DNA from: Vicinamibacteria bacterium
GTDB taxonomy: Bacteria; Acidobacteriota; Vicinamibacteria; Marinacidobacterales; Marinacidobacteraceae
Reading direction: 5' to 3'
Assembly (NCBI GenBank): GCA_963555995.3
Contig: OY821641.1
Location: 2,432,001-2,496,000, forward strand
DNA length: 64,000 bases
Below are positions 9,321 through 19,381 of this stretch, in pieces. A program made the translations under genes and the position numbers. Below the pieces are notes generated by a model. That model did no database searches. It had not been told where the DNA came from and saw nothing but the letters and a program-made list of their open reading frames with translations. How positions within the stretch are numbered: position 1 is the stretch's first letter; every line of letters starts with the position of its first letter.

Positions 9321-10700
9321 ATGCCACCAGACAGGGAGGGCCGGTTCACTACCGGCTCGACCATGCGGCACGTGGTCGTCATGACCACCACGGCTTCGCT
9401 CGGGTTCCTGTTCCTCTTCCTGGTGGACTTCCTCGCCCTGTTCTATATCTCGGTGCTCCGCGACGTGCGTCTCGTGGCCGGGGTCGGACTCGCCTCCTTC
9501 GTCCAGCAGGTGGTGAGCGCGGTGGCCATCGGCCTCGCGGTCGCCGCCACCGCACTGGTGAGCCAGGCCCTCGGCGGCCGTGACCGGGCGCTCGCCCGCA
9601 GCCGGGCCACCTCCTGCCTGGCGGCTTCGTTCCTGACGCTGACCGTCGTCGCCGCCGGTGTCTTCGCCTTCCGGCACGAGGCGGTCGCCCTGCTGATGGA
9701 GCCGGGACCGGCCACCGAGGTCGCCAGCCGCTATCTGGCGTGGGTCCTCCCCTCCCTCCCGCTCCTCGGCCTGGGAATCAGCACCGCCGCGATCCTCCGC
9801 GCCGAGGGCGACGCCCGGCGGGCGCTGATCGTGACGATGGTGGCCGGCGGGGTCGCCTTCGTCCTCGACCCGCTCGTCATCCTCGGGCTCGGACTCGGAG
9901 TGGACGGCGCGGCGTGGGTGTTGATCTTCTCGAGGATCGTGACCGCGTTCGTGGGACTTCACTTCGTCGTGCGGGTCCACGAGTTGGCCGCCCCGCTCCG
10001 GCCGGCCGGGGTGTTTCGGGACCTCCGGGCGATCTTCGCGGTGGGCGGGCCGGCGGTGCTGGCCCAACTCTCCACGCCTTCCGGCTTGCTGCTCCTGACC
10101 GCCTGGGTCGGGCGCTTCGGCGACAGCGCCGTCGCGGGTTGGTCGGTGGTGACCCGCCTGGTCGTGCTCGGCTTCTCCGGCATCATCGCGCTGGCGGTCG
10201 CGGTGGGGGGCATCTTCGGCCAGAACTACGGCGCCCGGAAACTGGACCGGCTGCGGGCGACCTACCGGGACAGCATCGCCTTCGGCGTCCTTTACGCGCT
10301 CGCGGCCTGGACCGTCCTCTGGCTCGCGACCGACCTGGTGGTCTGGGCGTTCGGGATGTCCGGCGACGGCGCGCAGATCGTCCGCGCCTTCTGCCGGCTC
10401 GGAGCCGGCGGGTTCGTCCTCGCGGGGGCGGCCTACGTGGCGACCGCGGCGTTCAACAACCTGGGCCGTCCCCTCTCGGCCACCATCCTCAACTGGTCGC
10501 GAGCCGGGCTGGCCGTACCGGCGGTCCTGCTCCTGATGGTGGGCACGCTGGGCGGCCGAACGATCCTGTTCTCGCTGGAGGGACCGGGCGTGGTCTATGC
10601 CTACGCCGCCGGGAGCAGTCTCGCCGGAGTGGTCGGCGGGATCATCGGCTGGCGCTTCGTCAAGGAATTGACGCGGACTCCGGCGGCGCCGGATTCCTGA
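9321..10700 (+). CDS. MATE-family efflux transporter
   Basis: About 12 transmembrane segments with LRAEGD, LDPL.I, GVDGAA and GQNYGA motifs. Confidence 0.9.
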   Translation: MPPDREGRFTTGSTMRHVVVMTTTASLGFLFLFLVDFLALFYISVLRDVRLVAGVGLASFVQQVVSAVAIGLAVAATALVSQALGGRDRALARSRATSCLAASFLTLTVVAAGVFAFRHEAVALLMEPGPATEVASRYLAWVLPSLPLLGLGISTAAILRAEGDARRALIVTMVAGGVAFVLDPLVILGLGLGVDGAAWVLIFSRIVTAFVGLHFVVRVHELAAPLRPAGVFRDLRAIFAVGGPAVLAQLSTPSGLLLLTAWVGRFGDSAVAGWSVVTRLVVLGFSGIIALAVAVGGIFGQNYGARKLDRLRATYRDSIAFGVLYALAAWTVLWLATDLVVWAFGMSGDGAQIVRAFCRLGAGGFVLAGAAYVATAAFNNLGRPLSATILNWSRAGLAVPAVLLLMVGTLGGRTILFSLEGPGVVYAYAAGSSLAGVVGGIIGWRFVKELTRTPAAPDS

Positions 10701-10702
10701 TT

Positions 10703-13318
10703 TCAGGCCGGAACCGGTTCCCCGAACTCCGCCCCTTCTCCCACGGCCACCCCGATGATCCCGCCGGGTTCCGCCTCCACCTTGACCGAGGCTCCGGAAG
10801 GAAGCGCGCCGCCCACGATCAGCCGCGCCACCGGCGTCTCGACCCGGTGCTGGAGCACCCGGCGGACCGGACGGGCGCCGTAGAGCGGGTCGTAGCCCTC
10901 GGTGGCCAGTACCCGAAGCGCCTCGTCCGTCACGTCGAGCGACAGGTCCCGGTCGCGAAGGCGCTCGCGCAACCGGCCGAGTTGCAGGTTCACGATCTCC
11001 GCCACCTGGTCGCGCGTCAGGCTCCGGAACACCACGGTCTCGTCCACCCGGTTCAGGAATTCGGGCGGGAACTCGCGGCGGAGTTCCGAAACCACCTCCC
11101 GCTGCATCGCGTCGTAGCCGCGACCCGCCTCGGCCAGCGCGAGGACGCGGTCGCTGCCGACGTTCGAGGTCATGATCAGCACCGTGTTGCGGAAGTTCAC
11201 CAGCCGGCCGTGGGCGTCCGTGAGCCGGCCGTCGTCCAACACCTGGAGCAGCACGGTACGCACCTCGGGGTGCGCCTTCTCGATCTCGTCCAGCAGGACG
11301 ACCGCGAACGGGCGGCGGCGGACCGCCTCCGTCAACTGCCCCCCGTCCTCGAAGCCGACATAGCCGGGAGGAGCGCCCGTCAGCCGGGACACCGCGTGCT
11401 TCTCGGTGTACTCCGTCATGTCGAGACGCACCATGGCGTGCTCGTCGTCGAAGAGCTCGGCGGCGAGCGCCCGCGCGAGTTCGGTCTTGCCGACGCCGGT
11501 GGGACCGGCAAAGAGGAAGGCGCCGAGCGGACGGTCCGGATCCTGGACGCCGGCGCGGGCGCAGACCACCGCGTCGGCGACCGCCCGCACGCCTTCCTCC
11601 TGGCCGACGACCCGGCGATGGAGCAGGTCGCCGAGCCGCAGCAGCTTCTCGCGCTCGCCCTCGAGGAGCCGGTCCACCGGAATCCCGGTCCAGCGGGAGA
11701 CCACCGACGCCACGTCCGAGGCGTCCACTTCCTCCCGCAGCAGGCGCCCTTCCCGTCCTCCGAGCCGCGCCTCGGCGGCGGCGAGCTCGCGCTTCAGTTC
11801 GAGGGTGGTGCCGAAGCGAAGCTCGGCGGCCCTGCCGAGGTCCTGCTCGCGCTCGGCGCGTTCCATCGCCAGGTTCGCTTCCTCGAGGCGTTCGCGAAGG
11901 TTCCGCACCTTGAGGAGCCGCGTCTTCTCGCCCTGCCACTGGGTGCGGAGCGCCCGCGCCTCCTCCTCGAGGTCAGCGATCCGCCGTTCGAGGTCCGCGA
12001 GCCGCTTCGAGGAGGCGTCGTCCTTTTCCTTCCGGAGCGCCTCCCGCTCGATCTGGAGCGACAGGAGCTTGCGCTCCACCTCGTCGAGGCCGGTGGGCAC
12101 GCTGTCCATTTCGGTGCGCAGGCGGGCGGCCGATTCGTCCACCAGATCAATGGCCTTGTCGGGCAGGAAGCGTCCGGAGATGTAGCGGCTGGACATCGAA
12201 GCCGCCGCCAGCAGCGCACCGTCCTGAATCCTCACTCCGTGGTGGACCTCGTAGCGCTCCTTGAGGCCGCGGAGGATGGTCACGGTGTCCGGGACCGAGG
12301 GTTCGGCGACGACCACCGTCTGGAACCGGCGCTCGAGTGCCGCGTCCTTCTCGATGTGCTGCCGGTACTCGTCTAGGGTGGTCGCCCCGATGCAGTGCAA
12401 GTCGCCCCGGGCGAGCGCGGGCTTCAGCAGGTTGGAAGCGTCCATCGCCCCGTCCGTCCTGCCGGCCCCGACCACGGTGTGCAGCTCGTCAAGGAACAGG
12501 ATGACCCGGCCAGCCGCCTCCTGCACCGCGCCGAGCACCGCCTTGAGCCGCTCCTCGAATTCGCCCCGGAACTTCGCGCCGGCGACCAGGGCTCCCATGT
12601 CGAGCGCCACCACCTGCCGTTCGCGGAGCCCCTCGGGCACGTCGCCCTTGACGATGCGGAGCGCCAACCCCTCGGCGATGGCGGTCTTGCCGACTCCGGG
12701 TTCCCCGAGCAGCACCGGGTTGTTCTTGGTGCGGCGGGACAGGATCTGCATCACCCGCCGGATTTCGTCGTCCCGGCCGATCACCGGGTCGAGCCGGTCG
12801 GCGCGGGCGAGCGCGGTGAGGTCCCGCCCGTACTTCCGGAGCGGCTCGTAGGCGCTCTCCGGGTTGGGGCCCGTGGCGCGCGCGGGTCCGCGCACTGACC
12901 GGACCGCCGCTTCGAGCGCCTTCCGCTCCACTCCGGCGGCGCCGGCGGCCGACTTCTGCGAAGCGAGAGCCAGAAGCAGATGTTCGACGCTCAGGAACTC
13001 GTCACCGAGCTGCTTCGCTTCGCCCGCGGCGGCGTGGATCACCTTGGCGAGATCCCTGGACGCGGGAGGCGCGTCCGCTCCCGCATACCGCTGGACCGGC
13101 AAGGCGCCGAGGGACGCATCGAGTTTGTGGCCCAGGACCGGGGGCTCGACGTCGAGGCGGCGCAGCAGCCGGAGCGCGAGCCCGTCGGGGGCGTCGTCGA
13201 GCAGCGCGGCGAGCAGGTGTTCGGGGGTGGTTTCGGGGTTCTTGCGTTGCTCCGCAAGGCTTGCAGCCCGCGAGAGGGCAGCGCCCGCGCGTTCGGTAAG
13301 AGCAGCGACATGATCTAT
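10703..13318 (-). CDS. clpB: ATP-dependent disaggregase ClpB; start codon uncertain (possibly ATA at 13318)
   Basis: Two AAA+ modules ([17 protein letters not shown]), middle coiled coil and Clp-N repeats; the frame stays open 72 codons upstream of the listed ORF (LTERA..AL..PEHLL) up to a TAG at 13319-13321. Confidence 0.93.
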   Translation of the reverse strand: MDHVAALTERAGAALSRAASLAEQRKNPETTPEHLLAALLDDAPDGLALRLLRRLDVEPPVLGHKLDASLGALPVQRYAGADAPPASRDLAKVIHAAAGEAKQLGDEFLSVEHLLLALASQKSAAGAAGVERKALEAAVRSVRGPARATGPNPESAYEPLRKYGRDLTALARADRLDPVIGRDDEIRRVMQILSRRTKNNPVLLGEPGVGKTAIAEGLALRIVKGDVPEGLRERQVVALDMGALVAGAKFRGEFEERLKAVLGAVQEAAGRVILFLDELHTVVGAGRTDGAMDASNLLKPALARGDLHCIGATTLDEYRQHIEKDAALERRFQTVVVAEPSVPDTVTILRGLKERYEVHHGVRIQDGALLAAASMSSRYISGRFLPDKAIDLVDESAARLRTEMDSVPTGLDEVERKLLSLQIEREALRKEKDDASSKRLADLERRIADLEEEARALRTQWQGEKTRLLKVRNLRERLEEANLAMERAEREQDLGRAAELRFGTTLELKRELAAAEARLGGREGRLLREEVDASDVASVVSRWTGIPVDRLLEGEREKLLRLGDLLHRRVVGQEEGVRAVADAVVCARAGVQDPDRPLGAFLFAGPTGVGKTELARALAAELFDDEHAMVRLDMTEYTEKHAVSRLTGAPPGYVGFEDGGQLTEAVRRRPFAVVLLDEIEKAHPEVRTVLLQVLDDGRLTDAHGRLVNFRNTVLIMTSNVGSDRVLALAEAGRGYDAMQREVVSELRREFPPEFLNRVDETVVFRSLTRDQVAEIVNLQLGRLRERLRDRDLSLDVTDEALRVLATEGYDPLYGARPVRRVLQHRVETPVARLIVGGALPSGASVKVEAEPGGIIGVAVGEGAEFGEPVPA

Positions 13319-13365
13319 CTAATCCATACTCAGTAAGTATGATATGAAGTATAGCAGATATGAAA
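13310..13365 (-). promoter_or_regulatory. AT-rich clpB promoter/operator region
   Basis: TATACT -10-like box on the minus strand (13348-13353); inverted repeat CATACT-N5-AGTATG (13325-13341); direct repeat GATATGAA at 13341 and 13357. Confidence 0.45.
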
Positions 13366-13376
13366 ACGACAGAACG

Positions 13377-13535
13377 GCTGGGAGCGCCGCTCTTCCGAAG
13401 CGGTATCGCTCCCCAACGGGGAGCGAAACTCCCATCGCTGATTCGCCGCATGGCGGAACGACACGTCGTTTGGCGCAATGCCACCCGGATTGGCGCAGCG
13501 TCATGCGGCAACGCAACACCGGGAGTTTCGCGGCG
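13377..13535. repeat. REP-like palindromic intergenic element (variant)
   Basis: GGAGCGCCGCT-hairpin followed by a TCGCTCCCC/GGGGAGCGA hairpin; GCGAAACTCCC (13423) is complementary to GGGAGTTTCGC (13521). Confidence 0.45.
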
Positions 13536-13580
13536 CTCCCGGCGGCGCGGCCATCCGCGCGGCTCGGCGATGCGCCGCCT

Positions 13581-14183
13581 TCAGTTACGGATGGTCGAGG
13601 GCTGCCAGCTCGGAATCAGCGCCCGGTCCCGGAGGGCCACCGGGCTGAACAGCAGCGGCAGGAACACCGCCATGCTGACGAGGCTGTTGCGGAAGAAGGG
13701 GATGGCCTGCACGTAGCAATCAACCAGCCCGGCAAGGTTCATCGGATAGCGGAGGCCGCCGCCGGACGCCCAGACCGCAAAGTTGGTGACGATGAAAAAG
13801 CCCACCGCCGCGAGCAGGCCGGAGCCCGCGAGCCTTCCCCAGGACCGCTTCCCGCGCATCAGGAAACCGCAGGTGGCGACCAGCGCCACCGCCAGATACA
13901 CCACCGGCTGGCCCGCGTAGAGGGCCCAATCGGCGCGGCCGGTCACGATCCAGATGCCGACGTCTCCCAGCAGGTAGGTGGCCAGCGGGACGAGGTACAC
14001 GAGCCGGCGCGAGGCGTAGAGCGCCCCGCCGAAGAGCGAGAGCGCCAGGATCGGCGAGAAATTCCACGGATAGGCCATGGATGCGGGATCGCCGTGGTGG
14101 GCGCCGAACACGTACGGCGCGAGCCGGACGCCGACGCTGAGAGCGACGATCACGAGCAGGACGGGGAGGCGGATGGACGTCAT
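13581..14183 (-). CDS. Membrane protein, DUF6580 / ECF S-component-like putative transporter
   Basis: PWNFSPI.ALSLFGGA, FFIVTNFAVW and CY.QAIPFFRN motifs; about 6 transmembrane helices. Confidence 0.75.
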   Translation of the reverse strand: MTSIRLPVLLVIVALSVGVRLAPYVFGAHHGDPASMAYPWNFSPILALSLFGGALYASRRLVYLVPLATYLLGDVGIWIVTGRADWALYAGQPVVYLAVALVATCGFLMRGKRSWGRLAGSGLLAAVGFFIVTNFAVWASGGGLRYPMNLAGLVDCYVQAIPFFRNSLVSMAVFLPLLFSPVALRDRALIPSWQPSTIRN

Positions 14184-14228
14184 GGGTCTCCTTGCGGAAT
14201 CACTCTCCCGAGAGATTACCAGCGGCGG

Positions 14229-15413
14229 TCAGATGACGCCGCGGGTCCGGCCGCACTCGATGAACGCGGCCACCGCGCGGTCCACCTGGTCGTCGTCGTG
14301 GGCCGCCGAAAGCTGCACCCGGATGCGGGCCAGGCCCCGCGGGACGACCGGAAAGCTGAAGCCGATCACGTAGATGCCCCGTTCGAGGAGGTCGTCGGCC
14401 ATCCCGGAGGCGAGACGGGCGTCGCCGAGCATCACGGGAACGATGGGGTGCTCCCCTTCCGGGACCTCGAATCCCGCCGCGGTCATGGCCTCGCGGAACC
14501 GCCGGGTGTTCCGCCGCAGCCGCTCGCGCGGTTCCTCGGTCGCCCTAAGCAGCGACACGACCTCGAGAGCCGCCGAGACGATGGCCGGCGCCAGGGTGTT
14601 CGAGAACAGATAGGGACGGCTGCGCTGGCGCAGCAGCGCCACGATCTCGCCGCGCCCCGACGTGAACCCGCCAGCGGCGCCGCCGAGCGCCTTGCCGAGG
14701 GTCGAGGTGATGATGTCCACCCTCTCCGAGACCCCGAAGCGCTCGGGAGTTCCGCGGCCGGTGTCGCCGATGAAGCCGGTGGCGTGCGAGTCGTCCACCA
14801 TGACCAGCGCCTGGTGCCGGTCGGCCAGTTCGCAGATGTCATCGAGCGGGGCCAGCGTCCCGTCCATGCTGAAGACGCCGTCGGTCGCGATCAGCTTGCG
14901 GCGCGCCCCGGCGCATTCCTCGAGTTTGGCCGCCAGGTCGTCCAGGTCCCGGTTCCGGTAGCGGAACCGCTGGGCGCGGCAGAGGCGGACGCCGTCAATG
15001 ATGCTGGCGTGGTTCAGTTCGTCGCTGACAATGGCGTCCTCGGCCCCGAGGATGGTCTCGAAGAGGCCGCCGTTGGCGTCGAAACACGAGCTGTAGAGGA
15101 TGGTGTCCTCGGTGCCCAGGAACTCGGCGATCCGCCGCTCCAACTCGCGGTGAATGTCCTGGGTGCCGCAGATGAAGCGGACCGAACTGAGCCCGAAACC
15201 GCGCTGTTCCAGACCCCGCGCGGCAGCGGCGCGCACCCGGGGATCGTTCCCGAGACCGAGGTAGTTGTTGGCGCAGAAGTTCAGGACTTCCTCTCCCCCC
15301 ACCCGGATCAGGGCGCCCTGCGGCGAGAGGATCAGCCGCTCCCGCTTCTCGAGCCCAGCCTCCTGGATGGCAGCCAGTTCACCGCGGATGGATGAAAGCG
15401 TCTCGGCGTTCAT
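14229..15413 (-). CDS. kbl: Glycine C-acetyltransferase (2-amino-3-ketobutyrate CoA ligase)
   Basis: [36 protein letters not shown] and [11 protein letters not shown] motifs; true ATG at 15413. Confidence 0.95.
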   Translation of the reverse strand: MNAETLSSIRGELAAIQEAGLEKRERLILSPQGALIRVGGEEVLNFCANNYLGLGNDPRVRAAAARGLEQRGFGLSSVRFICGTQDIHRELERRIAEFLGTEDTILYSSCFDANGGLFETILGAEDAIVSDELNHASIIDGVRLCRAQRFRYRNRDLDDLAAKLEECAGARRKLIATDGVFSMDGTLAPLDDICELADRHQALVMVDDSHATGFIGDTGRGTPERFGVSERVDIITSTLGKALGGAAGGFTSGRGEIVALLRQRSRPYLFSNTLAPAIVSAALEVVSLLRATEEPRERLRRNTRRFREAMTAAGFEVPEGEHPIVPVMLGDARLASGMADDLLERGIYVIGFSFPVVPRGLARIRVQLSAAHDDDQVDRAVAAFIECGRTRGVI

Positions 15414-15446
15414 TCGGGGTTCTCCTGGGGAGCGAGACTGTATCGG

Positions 15447-17960
15447 TTGACGAAGCTCCCGTTCGGGATGGGAAGCGGCGGGCGATTCAGGTATCTTCCG
15501 TCGGTTAGGGCAATGGGCGCGGTTCTTCTCTTCTGGTTCGCTCTGCTGGGGCAGCCCCCGGAGGACGGTGCGTCCCGCGCGGCGCCCTCCCCCGAGCCCG
15601 CGGCCGCCGTCCCCGCCAACACGGCGGAACTCACCGGCGTGGTGCAGCGCTACTGCGTCGTCTGCCACAACGAGCGCCTCCGGACCGGGAACCTCACGCT
15701 GCGGGAGTTCGCCGTGGACACGGCGCACGAACAGGCGGAGACCGCCGAGAAGATGATCCGGAAGCTGCGGGCCGGGATGATGCCGCCGCCGGGCCAGCGC
15801 CGCCCGCCGCCCGAAACGCTGCTCGCCCTGGCCGAGACGCTCGAGACCGTGGTGGACGGCGAGGCCGCCCGCTCGCGGAACCCCGGCTCGCGGCGCTTCC
15901 AGCGGCTGAACCGCGCCGAGTACGAACGCGTGATCCGCGATCTCCTCGATCTCGACATCGAGGCCGGCCGCTGGCTGCCGGCGGACACCTACCTCGGCGC
16001 CTTCGACAACATGTCGGACGCGCAGGGACTCTCGACGACCCTCCTCGAGGCCTATCTGAGGGCCGCCACCGAGGTCAGCCGGATCGCCGTCGGCAACCCG
16101 GACGCGCTCTCGAAGACGGCCAAGTACACGAATCCGATTGATGTCTCGCAGCACGCCTGGGATCACCTCGAGGGCGCGCCGTACGGGACGCGCGGCGGGA
16201 TGGTGGTCACCCACGATTTCCCGGTGGACGGCGAGTACGTGATCTCGATCGAGACGCTCTTCGGCCGGGGGACCGGCTTCCAGGACGTGGACATTTCCAT
16301 TGACGGGGAGGGCGTCGCTCTCCTCGGACTCGAGCACGGCGGCCGCGCGACGGTGCCGATCCGCACCGAACCGATCTTCGTGCGGGCGGGCCAGCGCCAG
16401 GTCGCGGCGGCCTTCGTGCGCACCATCGAGGGGCCGTACGAGGACCCCCTGAAGACGCCGGGCTGGTCCTTCGTCGGCGGCGAGGACTCCCAGGCGTGGG
16501 CGAACTACGGGATCACCGCGCTGCCCCACCTGAGCGAACTGATGATCACCGGCCCGCACCGCAGTCAGGGGCTCTCGGAGACGGCGAGCCGCCGCAGGAT
16601 CTTCCACTGCTATCCGGAGGATGGGGCGGCGGTGGCGGACGTTTCCGAGGAGTCTCGGGCGTGTGCGAAGTCGATCGTGACCCGGCTCGCCCGCGAGGCG
16701 TACCGGCGTCCGGTCACGGACGAGGATCTCGCCGGGCCGATGGCCTTCTACGACCGCGCCGCCGCGGAGGACGGGTTCGAGATCGGCGTCCGGACCGCGC
16801 TCCAGGCGATCCTCGCCAGCCCGTCCTTCATCTTCCGTCTCGAGCAGGCGCCGCCGGAGGTCGTGCCCGGCGAGAGCTACCGGATCGCGGACCTGGACCT
16901 CGCGTCGCGGCTCTCGTTCTTCCTCTGGGCGGGGGGCCCGGACGACGAACTGGTGACGCTCGCCGCGGAGGGACGGCTCTCGGACCCGGCGGTTCTCGAG
17001 TCGCAGGTGCGGCGGATGCTGGCGGACCCGCGGGCCGTAGCGCTTTCGACGCGCTTCGCCTCGCAGTGGCTGCGGCTTCAGGACGCGGAGGACAACCAGC
17101 CCGAGCCCTATCTCTATCCGGACTTCACCGGCCAGCTCCGCGAGGACCTGGTCCGTGAAACGCAGCTCTTCTTCGACCACCTCGTGCGCGAGGACGGAAG
17201 TCTGCTCGAACTCTTCACGGCGGACTACACCTTCCTGAACGAACGCCTCGCGGCGCACTACGGCATTCCCGGGGTCTCGGGGCCCGAGTTCCGGCGGGTG
17301 CGCTACCCGGACGACACCCGGCGCGGCGTGCTGGGGCACGGCAGCGTGCTGCTGCTCACTTCCATGTCCGCGCGCACGTCGCCGGTCCTGCGCGGGAAGT
17401 GGGTGATGGAGGTGCTGATGGGTACGCCGCCTCCGCCGCCGCCGCCCGACATCCCCGCCTTCGAGGACACCGCGGCGGCCCGCCGCGGGCGGCGGCTCAC
17501 CACGCGCGAGCGGCTCGAGATGCACGTCGCGAATCCGACCTGCCGCGCCTGCCACCGGTTCATGGATCCCATCGGGCTCGCGCTCGACAACTACGACGTG
17601 ACCGGGCGGGTCCGGGTTCGTGAGAACGGCGTCGCGCTCGACACGCGGGGGACCTTCTACGACGGGACCGAGGTGAGCACGCCCGCCGAGCTCGTCGCCG
17701 TCCTCATGAAAAGGCCGATCCCCCTGGTCCGGAACTTCACGGAACACCTGCTCGCCTACGCGACCGGACGCCGCGCGGAGTACTTCGACGGGCCCGGGAT
17801 CCGGGCCATCGCCCGCGAGGCGGAGGCGGGCGGGTACCGCATGTCCTCGTTCATCCTCGGCGTCGTCAACAGCGACCCGTTCCGCATGGCGCGTCCCGCG
17901 CCGGCGGCGGACAATCTGGCAGAATCAGCAGCTCCAAAGGGAAGCGGAGAGGGCTCATGA
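15447..17960 (+). CDS. DUF1592/1587/1588/1595/1585 multidomain protein with haem-c-type motifs (start may be 15513)
   Basis: [40 protein letters not shown] and CRACH..MDPIG.ALDN motifs. Confidence 0.88.
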   Translation: MTKLPFGMGSGGRFRYLPSVRAMGAVLLFWFALLGQPPEDGASRAAPSPEPAAAVPANTAELTGVVQRYCVVCHNERLRTGNLTLREFAVDTAHEQAETAEKMIRKLRAGMMPPPGQRRPPPETLLALAETLETVVDGEAARSRNPGSRRFQRLNRAEYERVIRDLLDLDIEAGRWLPADTYLGAFDNMSDAQGLSTTLLEAYLRAATEVSRIAVGNPDALSKTAKYTNPIDVSQHAWDHLEGAPYGTRGGMVVTHDFPVDGEYVISIETLFGRGTGFQDVDISIDGEGVALLGLEHGGRATVPIRTEPIFVRAGQRQVAAAFVRTIEGPYEDPLKTPGWSFVGGEDSQAWANYGITALPHLSELMITGPHRSQGLSETASRRRIFHCYPEDGAAVADVSEESRACAKSIVTRLAREAYRRPVTDEDLAGPMAFYDRAAAEDGFEIGVRTALQAILASPSFIFRLEQAPPEVVPGESYRIADLDLASRLSFFLWAGGPDDELVTLAAEGRLSDPAVLESQVRRMLADPRAVALSTRFASQWLRLQDAEDNQPEPYLYPDFTGQLREDLVRETQLFFDHLVREDGSLLELFTADYTFLNERLAAHYGIPGVSGPEFRRVRYPDDTRRGVLGHGSVLLLTSMSARTSPVLRGKWVMEVLMGTPPPPPPPDIPAFEDTAAARRGRRLTTRERLEMHVANPTCRACHRFMDPIGLALDNYDVTGRVRVRENGVALDTRGTFYDGTEVSTPAELVAVLMKRPIPLVRNFTEHLLAYATGRRAEYFDGPGIRAIAREAEAGGYRMSSFILGVVNSDPFRMARPAPAADNLAESAAPKGSGEGS

Positions 17961-19381
17961 ACTTCATCACCCGGAAACACCTCCCGCGCCGCACCTTCCT
18001 GCGGGGGGCGGGCGCCAGCGTGGCGCTACCGCTGCTCGACGCGATGACTCCCGCCGGGCTGTGGGCCGCCCCGAAGAAGGCGGCGGGGTTCACGCGGCTC
18101 GTCGCCATCGAGGAATCCATGGGCGTGGCCGGCTCGAGCGACTGGGGCGACGACCGCCACCTCTTCGCGCCGGCGAAGACCGGACGCGGCTTCGAACTGG
18201 TCGCGGACAGCCAGCTCAAACCGCTGGAAGCGTTCCGCGAGTACATGACCATCGTGAGTAACACCGACTGCCGCTCGGCGGAAGCGTTCCGGGCGGAGGA
18301 GATTGGTGGCGACCACGACCGCACGACGGCGGTGTTCCTGACCCAGGCCCATCCGAAGCAGACCCAGGGGTCCGACATCTTCATCGGCACCTCGCTCGAC
18401 CAGTTGCACGCGCAGCGCTTCGGGCGCGAGACGGTGCTCCCCTCGCTCGAGCTCTGTATCGAGGGCATAGACCGCGGCGGCGGCTGCGCCTACAACTACC
18501 ACTGCGCGTACACCACCTCGCTCGCGTGGGCCACGCCCAGCCTGCCGCTCCCCGCGATCCGCGAGCCGCGCGTCGTGTTCGAGCGGCTCTTCGGTGCCGG
18601 GGACACGGCGGCGGACCGGGCGGCGCGGCGCCGCACCGACCGCAGCATGATTGACTGGATCACGACCGAGGTCGCCCGGCTCAAGGGGACCCTGGGCGCC
18701 GCGGACCGGGTCGCCCTCGACGAGTACGTCGAGCACATCCGCGAGATCGAACGGAGGATCCAACTCGTCGAGGCGCGCAACACAAGCGGAGAGGAACGGG
18801 AGATGCCGGAGGCGCCCTCCGGGGTCCCGGATTCCTTCGTGGAGCACATGCAGTTGATGTTCGACCTGCAAGTGCTCGCGCTGCAGACCGACCTCACGCG
18901 CGTCATCACCTTCAAGACGGGCTTCGACCAGTCGAACCGGACGTTCCCCGAGAGCGGGACGACGAAGTCCGTCCACGGGGCCTCGCACCACGGCAACGTC
19001 CCCGAGGACATCATGGACTTCAACCGGATCAACGCCTACCGGCTGGGCCAACTCGCCTACTTCCTCGAGAAGATGCGCAACACGATGGAAGGCGACGGCT
19101 CGCTGCTCGACAAGACGGCGATCCTCTGGGGCTCGGCGATGGCGGACGGGAACCTCCACAACCACCGGCGGGCGCCGCTGCTGCTGCTGGGCCGGGCGAA
19201 CGGGGCGCTCGAGGGCGGCCTCCACCTGCGGGCCCCGAAGGGGACGCCGATGGCGAACGCCTTCGTGAGCCTGATGCGGAGGATCGGACACCCGGAGATG
19301 GACACCTTCGGCGACAGCGACGGCGTGTTCCCGCTCGACCTTCCGGACGAGGCGGCCACCGCCGCGAGCGTCTCCGCATGA
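17957..19381 (+). CDS. DUF1552 (HXXSHH) family protein with Tat signal
   Basis: PRRTFLRG.G...ALPLLDAM, PR.VFERLFG, DLTRV.TF and HGASHH motifs; ATGA overlap with the upstream gene. Confidence 0.88.
   Translation: MNFITRKHLPRRTFLRGAGASVALPLLDAMTPAGLWAAPKKAAGFTRLVAIEESMGVAGSSDWGDDRHLFAPAKTGRGFELVADSQLKPLEAFREYMTIVSNTDCRSAEAFRAEEIGGDHDRTTAVFLTQAHPKQTQGSDIFIGTSLDQLHAQRFGRETVLPSLELCIEGIDRGGGCAYNYHCAYTTSLAWATPSLPLPAIREPRVVFERLFGAGDTAADRAARRRTDRSMIDWITTEVARLKGTLGAADRVALDEYVEHIREIERRIQLVEARNTSGEEREMPEAPSGVPDSFVEHMQLMFDLQVLALQTDLTRVITFKTGFDQSNRTFPESGTTKSVHGASHHGNVPEDIMDFNRINAYRLGQLAYFLEKMRNTMEGDGSLLDKTAILWGSAMADGNLHNHRRAPLLLLGRANGALEGGLHLRAPKGTPMANAFVSLMRRIGHPEMDTFGDSDGVFPLDLPDEAATAASVSA

Noticed and set aside
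7503-11939. 1478-aa minus-strand ORF and similar very long ORFs (29039-32662, 34048-37089, 52539-56231, 9740-12376)
   Set aside because: Shadow frames of real genes in high-GC DNA; Arg/Pro/Gly-rich with no recognisable motifs
13039-13311. 90-aa ORF starting at ATG 13311 as a separate gene
   Set aside because: Out-of-frame overlap with the ClpB N-domain; relevant only if a sequencing indel exists
13377-13580. Possible cobalamin riboswitch near the DUF6580-like gene
   Set aside because: It lies downstream of that gene, lacks a recognisable B12 box, and its hairpins fit a REP variant
14229-17747. Apparent 1172-aa fusion ending in Kbl
   Set aside because: The N-terminal part is antisense to the DUF1592 gene; Kbl has its own ribosome-binding site and ATG at 15413
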